DNA of 63,643 nucleotides, filler included, from Olpidium bornovanus S191 (Eukaryota; Fungi; Olpidiomycota): NCBI GenBank assembly GCA_017911155.1. It is 30 parts of 30 records of this genome, joined end to end, with 100 filler letters (N's around TTAATTAATTAA, not from the genome) between each part and the next. Parts side by side here need not be neighbours in the genome. Positions count along the whole stretch, not along the records: positions 1 to 2,700 come from JAEFCI010003333.1; positions 2,801 to 5,773 come from JAEFCI010004770.1; positions 5,874 to 7,819 come from JAEFCI010007314.1; positions 7,920 to 10,061 come from JAEFCI010005219.1; positions 10,162 to 12,156 come from JAEFCI010013140.1; 25 more parts are not named here. One strand, 5' to 3'. Shown piece by piece: positions 1 to 11,094 of this stretch (position 1 is its first letter; each line of letters starts with the position of its first letter). The notes under the pieces were generated by a model. It saw only the letters and a program-made list of their open reading frames with translations, ran no database searches and was not told where the DNA came from. The position numbers and the translations under genes were made by a program.

Positions 1-1315
1 CATGGCCAGCATTCGCAGATTTGCGGGTTTCGCCAGATTCGCAAGTTTTGCTGGTTCCAAAGTCGATTGAGACGCGAAACCCATCTTCACATCTCTCGTT
101 CCCTTCTGCGTTCACGCCGTCAATGCAGAGAACAAAAAGGAACAGGAATTTTGGGGGGCGAGAGGGAGCGGGAACGCCGCTGTCGAATTTCCGGCGATAT
201 CCCCGTCAAAAATAGACACGGACTGCAACACGCAGGTTGCTCCCACTATCGAGAATTGCGGTCGAGGAGTTCGCTGGTTGGGGAATTTACAGCACATATG
301 AACGTGTTTTCATGGTACGATCAATTTTAACTAGAAAGACGCTAGAAACCTTGAGGGAGTAACAGGACACATACAGTTTGTGGCCTCGCTCAAGTTAGTT
401 TTATGTTTTTTCAAAAAAAATTGTTTTTGGTAGCGTCTTTTCTTGCCAATATGCGGTTTCAACTTTTTTTACCTTTGCTATCAGCTGGTGCAGTGGTCGG
501 TATCCTCTTGGTCACCATCTCTTTCGCTTCTCAAAGAGCCACTTTCTGCCATTTGATGAGCAATATTGCGACTCAGTGGGTCCTTCAGACAAGTCTTACG
601 TTCCGCGTCTCGAACCTGTCAGATGATTTAATTGTGGACTGCCGGACATTCCTCGAACTCGCTCAGGCTCCGCCGAATTTCTGCATGGCACGGCACCCCC
701 AGCAGGAAAAATCGTTGATGATTATTGGTTTGATACCCCAATGTTGCGCTCCCAATTTCTATAATCACTTCCTTGAGGTCCTACGTGCAGACAATGCGGA
801 GAACGTCAAGAAACATTTTCAAGCTGACAGCCGCCTTTTATCCACCACGAACTAAGTTTTTCATTTATTCACTATCTGATATAATTATCAGATTCGGAAA
901 TAAAAGCATGTTTCAGAGAATTGTTATATGGTTTTCGGTACCCTCGGGCTAAGGTCTACAGTATAGAGCGTGTTGTGAACCGAAAGAGCACGCTCTATGG
1001 TCACGTGATCAGAGATGCCAAGACCGGGAGGGGAGCTCCCCGTGGAGCTCTTCCTCCCGCCGTCAAACGCAAACAAAAGGGAGAGCCCCTTTTTCCGCAA
1101 CACGTTATCAGCACCATTGCCGGCGCCTGCATCATTGCCAAGCGCCCATAGCTTTGCCCTCTCTCCCGCCGCCGCCGCCACCGCCGTCGCCGCTGCGCAC
1201 CACGCCACCGCCGCTCCGCCTTCGCCGCCGCCGCACCACGCTCCGTCACCGCCGCCGCCGCCGCCGCCGCTTTACCGCCGCCGCTGCGCTTTGCCACTGC
1301 CGCCATGTGCGCCTC

Positions 1316-1680
1316 TGTGCTGTAGCACGGCCCTCGAACCGCCCGTCGACCGACGCCACGGAAGGCGGGCGGCGGGCGAGGGGCGGCGGGCGAAGGGCGC
1401 AGGGCAAAGGGCGAGAGACGGGCGAAGGGCGCAGGGCAAAGGGCGAGAGACGGGCGAAGGGCGCAGGGCAAAGGGCGAGAGGCGGGCGAAGGGCGCAGGG
1501 CAAAGGGCGAGAGGCGGGCGAAGGGCGGAGGCGGCGGCGGGATCGAGGGCAGGACGGCCCCCGAACCCGGGGGCCGACAAATAAAATAGTCCCCCTCGAA
1601 GCCCGCCAATCGAAGGGCGCTTCTCCCCTTCCCCCCTCGAAGTCCGCCAATCGAAGAGCCTTCCCTCTTTCCCCCTTCCC
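1316..1680 (+). repeat. GC-rich dispersed repeat, copy 1, with an internal 32-bp tandem array
   Basis: Starts tgtgctgtagcacggccctc and aligns with 24335-24619 on another contig. The unit gggcgaagggcgcagggcaaagggcgagag(a/g)c repeats about 4 times (cgaag at 1391, 1423, 1455, 1487, 1519). Confidence 0.9.
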
Positions 1681-2129
1681 CCCTCAGCACCACACGCGGG
1701 AACCCCCGCCAACCATAACCCCCCCCGACTGCCCCCGCACCGCCCCCGCACCCCACCGCACGCAAGAGCTCGGATCCCCGCGTGGTAACCGCGCGGGAAG
1801 GGACCGGACGCACCGCGTCAACAGACGCGACATCGAAGGAGGCTCTGCCGTCGACCTGCCTTCGCTCGACGTCGACGGGCATAAATAGCGTCCCTTTCGC
1901 TCCGTAGCTCGACTTCGAACGCAGTTAACTTAACCTAGCTTAGCCTAGCCCTTCCCTTTCGACTGCACTTGCCAGCCCTCGTCACCTTACCTGTAGCTCC
2001 TTGCACAGACCTGACGAGGGAGAGGAATAGACGCTCAACCTTGCCGCAGTACAGGTTGGGGCCTGGTTATATACCCAGGGCTGGGGATTAAACTCAGGTC
2101 CTCAGAGCGCAGCTGGGCAGAGGCTAAAT

Positions 2130-2350
2130 AGAGGGACAAAGCTAAAATAGAGAGACAAAGCTAAAATAGAAAGACAAAGCTAAAGTGACGCAAAAAAAGT
2201 TTAAAGCGACGTCAAAAGAAAGTTTAAACCGATGTCAAAAAAGTTTAAAGCGATCTCAAGAAAGTTTAAAGCGACGTCAAAAAAGATTAAAGCAACCTCA
2301 AAAAAAGTTAAAATGCAAAAAGGTTAAATTGCGACAAAGGCTAAATTGTG
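2130..2350 (+). repeat. A-rich degenerate tandem repeats in the probable leader of a copia element
   Basis: About 3 copies of aga(g/a)(g/a)gacaaagctaaaat followed by about 5 copies of aaagtttaaagcgacgtcaaa, immediately upstream of a copia gag relic. Confidence 0.65.
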
Positions 2351-2505
2351 ACAACGGTTAATTCGAAAAAGGGTTAAAAGGGAGGAAATTTTCCTGGAAA
2401 AAAACGAAAGCAAAAGAAAAAAAGAAAGAAGAAGAAAAGCAAAGCCCCAAGAAGAAAAGCAAAGACCCAGAGTGCAACGTAAGTGTCACCCCCCATACCG
2501 TTGCC

Positions 2506-2700
2506 ATGGACGACACCCCTGCCCAACAGGCCGAGGCTGCCGAGTGCTCCCCCGCCATGCGCGCGAAGGCCATTGGCTACCTCTGGAGGCATATGGCGCG
2601 CTCTTTGCTTGACCAATAAGTCCTCGAACGTAACCCAGCTGCGTTATGGAAAGCTTCGGAGGGACGTTTTAATAACCAACAGGTCCTGCTTTTGCCGCGC
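2506..2700 (+). pseudogene. Ty1/copia gag (UBN2-like) relic with an in-frame stop; cut by the contig end
   Basis: Translation MDDTPAQQAEAAECSPAMRAKAIGYLWRHMARSLLDQ*VLERNPAALWKASEGRFNNQQVLLLPR resembles the copia gag pattern AKAxxxLxxHL..L..DP..LW..L..RF.....LP.A. TAA at 2617-2619. Confidence 0.7.
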
Positions 2701-2800
2701 NNNNNNNNNNNNNNNNNNNNNNNNNNNNNNNNNNNNNNNNNNNNTTAATTAATTAANNNNNNNNNNNNNNNNNNNNNNNNNNNNNNNNNNNNNNNNNNNN
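2701..2800. other. Artificial contig spacer (44 N + TTAATTAATTAA + 44 N); first of 29
   Basis: Seen in sequence. The same 100-nt spacer starts at 2701, 5774, 7820, 10062, 12157, 13465, 15836, 19314, 24620, 26341, 28065, 30816, 33578, 34734, 37812, 39262, 40539, 42426, 43599, 44754, 48418, 49529, 50819, 52079, 53230, 56842, 58523, 60840 and 62104. TTAATTAATTAA gives stops in all six frames. Confidence 0.99.
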
Positions 2801-3950
2801 CCAATTCAGATGCACGCTTGCTACCACAATCGATAACACCATCTTCATCGGAGCCGCTCACGCTTCCGCCGTCACCTTCGCGGGTCTCGTTCGCGGAAAC
2901 TGCCATTTCCTTTATCATGTCTGTTAGCGCCGGCTCCGGTGACACCGAGTTCCTCAGCGACTCCACATCCTCGTCCGAGAACGGCGAGTTCTCCTTTCCA
3001 GCGTCTGAGTTGTCCGAGGAATCGTGAACAGGCCTGTCATCGCCTAGCGACCCAGCTCCGGCGTCCGCGTTGTCTACCGTCTCCTGCCGTGGCAGCAGAA
3101 CGCGGTTGCGCGTCGTTCGAGGCGCATCGGTGCGGCTCGAGATATGTGAATCGCCCTGCAAGGAAAGCAGACGTTTGCGCCGTGATTCTACGTCGCGGGT
3201 TGGACTGGATTCCTCGCAATCTCGGCGAAGTCGGCCAGGGGAGCTCGCACGTTGGCTTCGACGTACGGGTTCCACCGCACCTGCGAACACCGGCAAAAGG
3301 TGGTCCTCAGTTCCCGCTGTTCGTTTCATGTCATTTAGAACCAGGTTGGTACCGTCCTCGTTGTCCACTTGTCCGCGACGGTCGGCAGGTTTGATCCTGT
3401 CTATGAGGCGCGGTCTCCGTCTGCTTGTTGCGCCGACGAGTTCCGCGGGCTCCTCCGACAACGCGGGAAAACCCGGACCACCGCGCCCAAGGTCGTCGCG
3501 GCTTTCCCGCTCAGGAACATCTTCCTGCGTGCCGGCCCCAAGTTCAAGGGGCGCGGCTGTGGCGCGAATGCCGCCTGCGGCAAGCGCCGCCAGAACGGCT
3601 CCGTCTGCTTCGGCGGCACTCGACGCGGCGCGCGCGCCTGATCGCGGCGTCGACGGGCGGAACGTGCTGCAGAGCGGGTGATCCCGGTCGAGAGCAGCAG
3701 GTTCCGTGGTGTCCCGAGCGTCGCGCTCGGCTCGCTTCGCGTCCGGTTGCGCGGCCACGCCCCTCCCGTCGCCTGCTGCCGCCGCCATCGCGGCTCGTTC
3801 CCGAAGAACAAACAAAGCGGTCTCGACGCTTTCCTCGGTGCCGCGGGGGAGCGCGTGCCGCACGACAGCGAACGGTTCAACGGCCTCAGCAGCAAGAGAG
3901 GTCAAGCGCAGAACCGTTTCCGCCGCAGGTTGCGCGAGCGTTCGCCGACG
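2801..3950 (-). CDS. Hypothetical low-complexity protein (long open exon, 3' truncated)
   Basis: More than 380 codons open to the contig edge, with an acidic/Ser-rich C-terminal part. No family recognised. Confidence 0.4.
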
Positions 3951-4259
3951 TAAAGCTGGGCGTCCGTGCGCGCCTCCCGCGAGCGTCCGGCCCTGGGGGC
4001 GCCACCTTCCGTGGCGCGCGCCTGCTGCCGGGCAGAGAGAGAGAGAGCGCTAAAACACTTTGCTCTCTCGCACTTCGCCCCGAACGGAAGGAAAACCGGC
4101 CACGAACCACGCGGACACCACGACCATGGACCATTTCCGCGCCCGCACCCGCCGCGCATTCCACACACGCAAGATCTGCGTCGCCGACGCCCGCACATTT
4201 TATCCCCCATTGGCGCCGGCATTCATACCAATCCTCCTACTACTTCGACGACCTCGAAC

Positions 4260-4541
4260 AACGACGTTGATATTGTTCTTACTGGCCGTAACCCCTCCCT
4301 GTCAATATCCTTTGCTAAACGACTCAGCACCAAGTTCCCGCTGTCAAAACCAAACGCCCTGTCCTTTGTTCTCGGCGTGCAAGTTGAAAGACCAAGCCAA
4401 GGAATCTACCTTCATCAGGAACACTCCGTCACCAAAATGCTTGAAAGGTTCCACCACGCCAGCGCGACCCCAGAATTGTCACCTCTCAACGCGTCCGCCA
4501 TCGGGTCCCTCGTCACAGGAGAAAACGCGGTGTTCTTGTAA
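4260..4541 (+). pseudogene. Ty1/copia reverse transcriptase (RVT_2) fragment
   Basis: DVDIVLTG...FAKRLSTKFPL...SFVLGVQVERPSQGIYLHQEHSVTKMLERF matches the copia RT segment after YVDD. The catalytic motif is degenerate and the fragment ends in a stop. Confidence 0.8.
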
Positions 4542-4899
4542 GGAAATTAGTGAAAGTCTCGGAAAGACGGCGGCGAAGCTTGTGCTAGGATCTACTTTAA
4601 ACCAGCCGCTTGGAAAACCAATTTTTCGTCCTGAAGTCCCACTTTTCTCCCGTCCGTCGTTTTTGTTTTTTTCTGTGGGCTGCCTTCTGGTTTTTGCCCT
4701 CTCTTTCGTTCCACCCTGTGGTCTTTCTCTCTCGCGTCCCCTCCGCCACGATGATGTTCCCGTCGCCCTCTCCCTGCTCCCACATCGGGGGGTTTTTTTG
4801 CTTCGCGTGGTGTATTTCTGCTCAGGAGGGGGGGAGGTGGGTGGGTGGCGGAATTCTACATTTATCTTTTTTCCGGGGGTGGGGTGTGACGAATTGTTT

Positions 4900-5690
4900 G
4901 ACGCGTCTAATTGGCAACATCTGCGAGTGTGAGGAGGTTCGTATGAATTATCCTCCCTAGCAACTGCCTCTCCGCTGTTGGAATTCCGTGCTTGCTTTTC
5001 GGATTTTTGCTCCTCGCGTTCGGAATCTCAGCGCTGCCCGTGGTAATTCCCTTTTTCGACAAAACAGCGTCACCAGCAGGAAAAGGGTCGTTCACGCTCC
5101 ATCTAACAACGTGGACCCGACAAAACTTTCCCGCGCCTGACCGTGCGCCTGACCATGCGCGAAGTCCTTGACCTTTCTTCGTCGCACTGCCCGTCGACAC
5201 TGATCAGTTCCGTCACTCGCGAGTTTCCCGTTCCCAGGACGAGGACAACAGAGGGGTGTGCGCGGAATAAGAAAATATAAATTCCAACTCAGAACAAAAT
5301 CGAACCCGTCAGTTCAACCTTTGACATCCCCAAGGTTTGCGTCCAACGGTCCACGTCCGTAGGCGGGGGCGGTAGCGTCGTACTCCCTTCCGCTCCCATG
5401 GTCGGTTGTTCTCTTTCGGGGCTCTCTTTTTGACAGAAAGTCTTCGGGTTGGGCTCATAACCTGTTGAACTCGGGGTCGAAAGCAGTTCCTAAGTATTCC
5501 ACTGTTCTACCCGGGTTTATAGAGGGGATATCAGGGGGTGAAACCCGGCGGGGCGCATTGTGCTCCGTCTTCCCCCGAACCGCCCTTTGTTTTCAACACT
5601 TCAATACTTCAACGGAGCCTGCCCCGTCCTCCCTCCGTTATGCGCATATATGCATGCGCCTTAATCCGACCGCCCCTAACCCTTTTTTTT
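4900..5690 (-). mobile_element. 5' end of a copia-like LTR retrotransposon: LTR end, half-tRNA PBS and decayed gag
   Basis: Minus strand reads ...gttcaaCA|GGTTATGAGCCCAAC (PBS at 5462-5448, LTR end at 5463). Downstream is a frameshifted gag-like region (KVELTG..., ...ERQLLGRIIHTNL). The outer LTR boundary is not defined. Confidence 0.7.
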
Positions 5691-5873
5691 TTTTTTTCTT
5701 TCCCCGTCCTTTCTCTCCCCCAGAACCCTCTCTCACCCCTTCCTCTCTCACCCTTCCTCTTCCCCCGCCCGCCNNNNNNNNNNNNNNNNNNNNNNNNNNN
5801 NNNNNNNNNNNNNNNNNTTAATTAATTAANNNNNNNNNNNNNNNNNNNNNNNNNNNNNNNNNNNNNNNNNNNN

Positions 5874-6965
5874 CATGCAGATTATTTGCTTGCCGGAGGC
5901 GACGCAGTGTGTTCCAGGGGCGCACGCCTGGTTCGAGCCGAACGCCCAGGATTTCCCGCCCTGGGTGCACAATTGGAAGCCCGTGCCGGAGCACCTCATC
6001 TCGCCCGGGGCGCAGGCTCCTTCTCCGCCGGACTCAGCCGTCGTCGCCTTCGCAGGCGGCGCCGTCAACCCGGCGGCGGCGGGGGCGGCGGCGGCGCTGC
6101 TGCTTTCCTTGGCGGATTTTGACTTTTTTTTCGTTTTCTTGGCCTTCGCGGTCTTAACATTTGCGGTCTTGGCCTTCTTATTCTCTTCCGCGGCGGCCGC
6201 CCCCGACGTCCCGGTGGCGGGCCCCGGTGCCTGGGCGGGGTCGGCCACGCGCGCCGACTTGACGGCCGCGGGGTTGCCGGCCGGGGGGGTCCCGACGGCG
6301 CCGCCGGACGAGCTGATCGTGACCGTGCGGCCGTGGTCGAAGATGGCCGCGCCGTCCGGGTCGCCGGGGTTGGGAAATTCCGGGACGGTGGGGTACCCCG
6401 GCAGGTTCGCGACGGTGAGGGCCGGCAGCGTCACGGGCCGGCCGCCGGCGGACTGGATCTCGACGTCGGCGCAGTTCATGTAGAATTCCCTGTTCCCGAT
6501 GGCGTTGATCCACGTCCACGCGAAGACGCAGCTGGAGCAGGCCGGGAGGTCCGCCGGGAGGGCCACGGCGGGCGTCAGGCCCTCGCCGCCGGCCATGCAG
6601 TTGCGGACCAGGGTCTTCAGCACGCCGAACGACCGGCCGCCGTCGTAGCTGACCGCGAACTGGCAGTGGCCCCCGCCGTGCGGCGCCCCGCCCGTGAGCT
6701 CCACCCGGACCTCGCCGCCCGCCCGCAGCGTCGCAACGTTCCCCTTCGGCGGGTAGCCCTTGCACGGGAAGTTGGACCCGTCCGCCGCCAGCGGGGCGGT
6801 GTTCGAGTAGTCGATCGTCGTGTAGTCCTCGTGCGGGTTGAACTTGGACCGCCGCGGCGGCGGCGACTTCATTTCCATGTGCGCGGAAGCGTCGTCGCCA
6901 GCGGCGAGCAGGGCGATGGCGGCGGCGGCGTGTACCGCCAGGCCAAGCAGCGGCGATCGACGCAT
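5874..6965 (-). CDS. Secreted AA11 lytic polysaccharide monooxygenase with an Ala/Lys/Pro-rich linker and a C-terminal CBM19-like module (3' truncated)
   Basis: Signal peptide ends ...DDASA|H (His1). Motifs APLAADGSNFPCKG, GAPHGGGHCQFAVSYD and WTWINAIGNREFYMNCAD are characteristic of AA11. The tail CAPGEMRCSGTGFQLC...W...CAPGTHC has CBM19-like Cys spacing. Single exon. Confidence 0.9.
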
Positions 6966-7486
6966 TTCTTTTTCTTATTTTTTTTTTTCGGTTTCTCCGC
7001 TGCTGTCGCTCGACGGGGACGGTCCCGATGATTTTGAGAAAGTCTGCCTCAAAAGCGGTGTTGCGATAGTTGCCCTGCGAGCCGCCGGCGTCCGGGCCGC
7101 GGCCGTCATGATCGCCCGCTTCGAGCCGTCTCCCTCCCTCATCCCTCGCTTCCGTGTCTTTGATGCCGCCGCCGGTCCTTGATGATCGTTTGACGACCGG
7201 GAGTTGCACCGTTGCGGGTGTGGGGAGGAAAACATCACCCAAATCGAGTCACGTGACAAGGGACACGAAACATTGGAAAAAAAAATTAGGATAAAAGGGA
7301 AAAGAGCTACAAGCAAAAAAATTCCGGAGCTCCGACCCTCGCCAGATCCAGAAAAAGGAAAAACAGATCCAGGAAAAGAAAAAAAAAAGTGGACAGACCC
7401 GGGCGCAACGGCGGGCGGGGCCCCGTCTTACAGCAGAGAGTGCCACAAAGGCGCACCGGCGCGAAGGGTGCGAAAAAGGCACTCGG

Positions 7487-7524
<38 letters not shown>

Positions 7525-8017
7525 AAAGGGGCGTCCATTTCTGCCGATCGTCGCCGAGAAGCTGAATAACTTTTTACCGGGGCGCGTCAAAAGGACGAGC
7601 AAAGGAGGGTCAAAATTGCGAACGGGGGGGGGGGAAGAAACTCTTGGGGGATGAATGCGAGAGAGATAGAAACCAAAAGGGATTCTCCTCTTGCCAGTCA
7701 TGTCCGCGGTTCTTGCGCCGTCCGTTTTGGGAAAACAAAGAAAAAAAAAGAATGATAATAAAATGTCGTCAAAAAGGGTAGACCTTTCCTAGCATCCCTT
7801 AGCATACAAAATGAGGGTCNNNNNNNNNNNNNNNNNNNNNNNNNNNNNNNNNNNNNNNNNNNNTTAATTAATTAANNNNNNNNNNNNNNNNNNNNNNNNN
7901 NNNNNNNNNNNNNNNNNNNTCATGTAAAGATAGAGAACAGTAAAATCACCCGCTCGGATTCTGTCTGACCTATATAATATCTGTGCGCCAATTCTTCTAT
8001 CTTGTCCCTTTCTATAC

Positions 8018-8950
8018 CAATACGTTCGCAGTATTGATGTATTCTGGATGGTTCAATAATGTGTGGACATTAAGAATCTAACTCTTTATCAACGACCGCC
8101 ACGGGTCGGTCGGGATTGCATTTACCTCTTGACCATCATATCCGCTCTGCACACCAGATCGCATTGGGGTGACGATTGGCAAAATGCGGCGACGGAGGAC
8201 GTCAGGAAACGACGATGTCAGTGCCAAGCTCTTGCCATACCACTGGCGCGGTTTATCAAGATTGTACACTGCGCAAAGCCCAGGCGAGGGAAGTGTCCTC
8301 CGCGGCAACAACTTCCGGTTGCAGCAGGATTCGCCTGAGAGACACCGCCACTGTCCCGAGAAGTGGTTCGGTTTGATAGGCGCTTTTCCAGTGTGATGAC
8401 CACGATCATAAACGCGCGGTTGGTCTCTTTCTATTTCTCCTTCTTAATCTCCGTCTCTCTTCTCCCCGCCCGCCTCACTCTCTCATTCGGAGAAAGTGTA
8501 GCCAATCATTGCCAGCACACACTCTCGATGAAAGCAGCACCGCCGGTCCGTGAGCTCTACCCTCCGCGAGGTGCGGCACGGGAGAAGGGGGGTGAAGGCG
8601 GGGATCTTCGTGCTGGTCGCCCCGCTCGCTATTCACCACGTCATGCTCAAGTTTTCGACTTTTCTCTTTCTCTCTCTTTTTTTTTCTTTTCTTTTCTTTC
8701 CTCCGCGTCCGTACATTCCGGTCGAGTAGTGGTACAGGGTGTTGTCGACGTCGAAGAAGAACACGGGCGGGGGAACGTCGGCGGCCTCCGGAGGCGAAGC
8801 CGCCGTCCATTCTTCCGGAGGGCTGGACGGCGGCGCGGTGGACGGCAGGAGCGACGCTCGCCGCGCGTGGTGCTGGTCCCGGCTGGGGCGGAGGTGGTGC
8901 GACGGTTGGGGAGCGTGCTCCTTGTCGGGGCACAGGTCTTGTTCTTCCAT
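8018..8950 (-). CDS. HAD-family pyrimidine 5'-nucleotidase (Sdt1/Phm8-like), 5' part
   Basis: Exons 8950-8715, 8146-8126 and 8043-8018 with GT-AG introns splice to ...PVFFFDVDNTLYHYSTGIADMMVKRIHQYCERI. This is HAD motif I plus the cap start typical of Sdt1. Confidence 0.8.
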
Positions 8951-9003
8951 GGCTTGGGTGTGCGAACGCGAAACGTGCCCCGCGGAGATAACTTCCACGG
9001 CGC

Positions 9004-9035
<32 letters not shown>

Positions 9036-9250
9036 CTCTTTCTCTCCGGGCCGTTCCCCCGCCCGCCCGCCCGCCCGCGCAATCCCCACCCGCCCAGACC
9101 GCCCCGGCGCTGCGCCCCGCCGCGGGGAGGAGGAGCAAGCGACGACGGAGACGGGACGGGCGAGCGGCCGAATCCCCCAAGAAGCACCTGGCTCCTCCAC
9201 CGTCGCCACCGCCAGGCCCAACACCGCCGCCGCCGGCGGCAGCTCCGGCA
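8951..9250. promoter_or_regulatory. Bidirectional promoter/5' UTR region between the nucleotidase and GID8
   Basis: 300 bp separate the divergent ATGs at 8950 (-) and 9251 (+). Promoter activity is inferred. Confidence 0.5.
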
Positions 9251-10061
9251 ATGAGCAACAGCGCGGCGGCCGGCGGCGGGGCCGCCGGAATGTCGTCGCC
9301 CAAAAAGGTCATCTCGCGCGAGGAGTGGGAGAGGAAGCTGGCGGATGTGAAGATCAACAAGGAGTGCGTTTGCCGGTGGCGGCTGTTCCCGCGCGGGCGG
9401 AGGTGGAGGGGCGGAGGGGAAGGGGCGCGGGTTTGTTCCGGCGGCGAGAGAGACAGTACCGAAACCCCTTACTCCCTCCTCTTGCGCCCGCCGTCCTCCC
9501 ACCTCGCGCGCGCTCGCGCGCCCCACCACTTTCGTACACCGCCGCCCGCAGCGAGCTGAACAAGCTGATCATGAACTACCTCGTCATCGAGGGGTACAAG
9601 AACGCCGCCGAGCGCTTCAGCGCCGAGTCCGGCATCGTGCCGATGGTGGACTTGGCGTCCATCCAGCAGCGCATGGAGATGCGTAACGCGATCCAGCAGG
9701 GGAGGATAGAGGAGGCTATCGAGAGGGTTAACGACCTGAATCCAGAGGTTGCTTCGGCGGGGAAGCGGGTGGTGGTGGGGGGAGAGGGGGGAGACGGGCC
9801 GGGCCGGGCCGGGCCGGGGGCGGCGGAAGGGGGGGGCGCCTTGACGAGGAAAAGGAAGATCCCGTTTATTTTCTTTGGATCGAGGAAGGCGGAGGACGGG
9901 GTGGAAGGAAGCCGCTGCCGCCTGCGTTTTGGTGCTAAATCATGGTGTCTCCCGGCTTTTTGGCCGGATCCCCGACAGATACTCGACACGCAACCCCAGC
10001 TGTATTTCCACTTGCAGCAGCAGAGGCTCATCGAGTTCATTCGCGAAGGTAAAATCCAGGA
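9251..10061 (+). CDS. GID8: GID/CTLH complex subunit GID8 (TWA1), LisH + CTLH, 3' truncated
   Basis: Exons 9251-9363, 9552-9747 and 9979-10061 give KKVISREEWERKLADVKINKDELNKLIMNYLVIEGYKNAAERFSAESG...[36 protein letters not shown]. Confidence 0.93.
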
Positions 10062-10161
10062 NNNNNNNNNNNNNNNNNNNNNNNNNNNNNNNNNNNNNNN
10101 NNNNNTTAATTAATTAANNNNNNNNNNNNNNNNNNNNNNNNNNNNNNNNNNNNNNNNNNNN

Positions 10162-11094
10162 CATGTTGGCGCCGCGGCTATTGGAAGCAGTAGCGGCGAC
10201 CGACGATACAGCGGCATCCCCCCAGGTACCAGGCGAGTCTGCACAGGAAAATGATCCTCCTCCCCAAGAAGAGGAATTGGGACCTGACGACGCATTAATC
10301 TGCCCGCCGCGGACTCCGCGCATTCTCCCTTCAGATGCCGGAAAGCCGCGACGACCGTTCAATAGGTGAGCGGAGAATGTCAGTACCAAACAGCGGGACA
10401 ATCACCGAATGTGAAATGCGGGACTCGTCCTCGCCACGTGGCTCCATCCATCGATAGGCAGCGAAATAACAACGACGAAGTGGGATACGCAATGTCCTGT
10501 ACGTACCACCGCCGCGAGGAAATCCTCCTCTCCCGCGACCACCACCTCGACCGCCTCGGCCGCCTCGACCACCTCGGCCGCCACCCCTAGGCCCGCCGTC
10601 GGCAAAATTGCCACGTCGGTCCCGCGCCTGCTGGTCAGGCGTGCCCGCTACATTCCCCTGAACGGCATAATCCGATTTCTTCTTTCGCGGTTTGGACGCT
10701 TGGGACCACTGTGACGCGTGCCCTATCAAACGTAAAAGAAGCGACGAAAAAGAAGAAAGGCATGTCAGTCACGCGTTACTGGCGACCAGAGATAACGTGA
10801 GGACAAAACAACAAGCAGACCGGTATTGTCCCCAAACGGAAGGCACGGACGAGGTTGCCGTGAACGATCGTGAGTCGTTGGACTCAACATACCTTCCGAG
10901 ATGCGGGCCACGACCGTTTCCAGGTCGCCCCCTGCTTCCTCCATTACAAACAGGAGATCCATCTCCGTCCAGTCTGGGAAAAGCTCCTTGAGGGTGCCGA
11001 GGTGCGAACCATGTTGGGACCGCAATTGCTGTATCTCCTCGGGTTCGCCGTCCGGACTGCCCCAGGAGCCTCGGACAGCGTTCCTCGAGGTCAT
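10162..11094 (-). CDS. Def1/UBAP2-like protein: N-terminal CUE/UBA domain plus RGG box (3' truncated)
   Basis: Exon 11094-10893 encodes LGTLKELFPDWTEMDLLFVMEEAGGDLETVVARISEG. Exon 10722-10507 encodes GHASQWSQASKPRKK...GGRGGRGGRGGGRGRGG. A Ser/Gly-rich exon follows. An alternative ATG lies at 11142. Confidence 0.8.

Noticed and set aside
921-1010. Chromodomain (VYSIERVVNRK)
   Set aside because: Only the first strand resembles a chromodomain; the aromatic cage residues and the W motif are absent.
1001-1888. Long ORFs in several frames here and at 8363-9559, 28113-29151, 30979-32841 and 42722-43533
   Set aside because: These are shadows of GC-rich repeats, homopolymers and microsatellites (poly-Pro/Gly/Phe/Lys, SLSL). 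They lack stops for compositional reasons.
2617-2619. Stop-codon readthrough or selenocysteine recoding
   Set aside because: The in-frame stop is TAA in a decayed TE. No recognised gene in the window needs an in-frame TGA, and no SECIS was seen.
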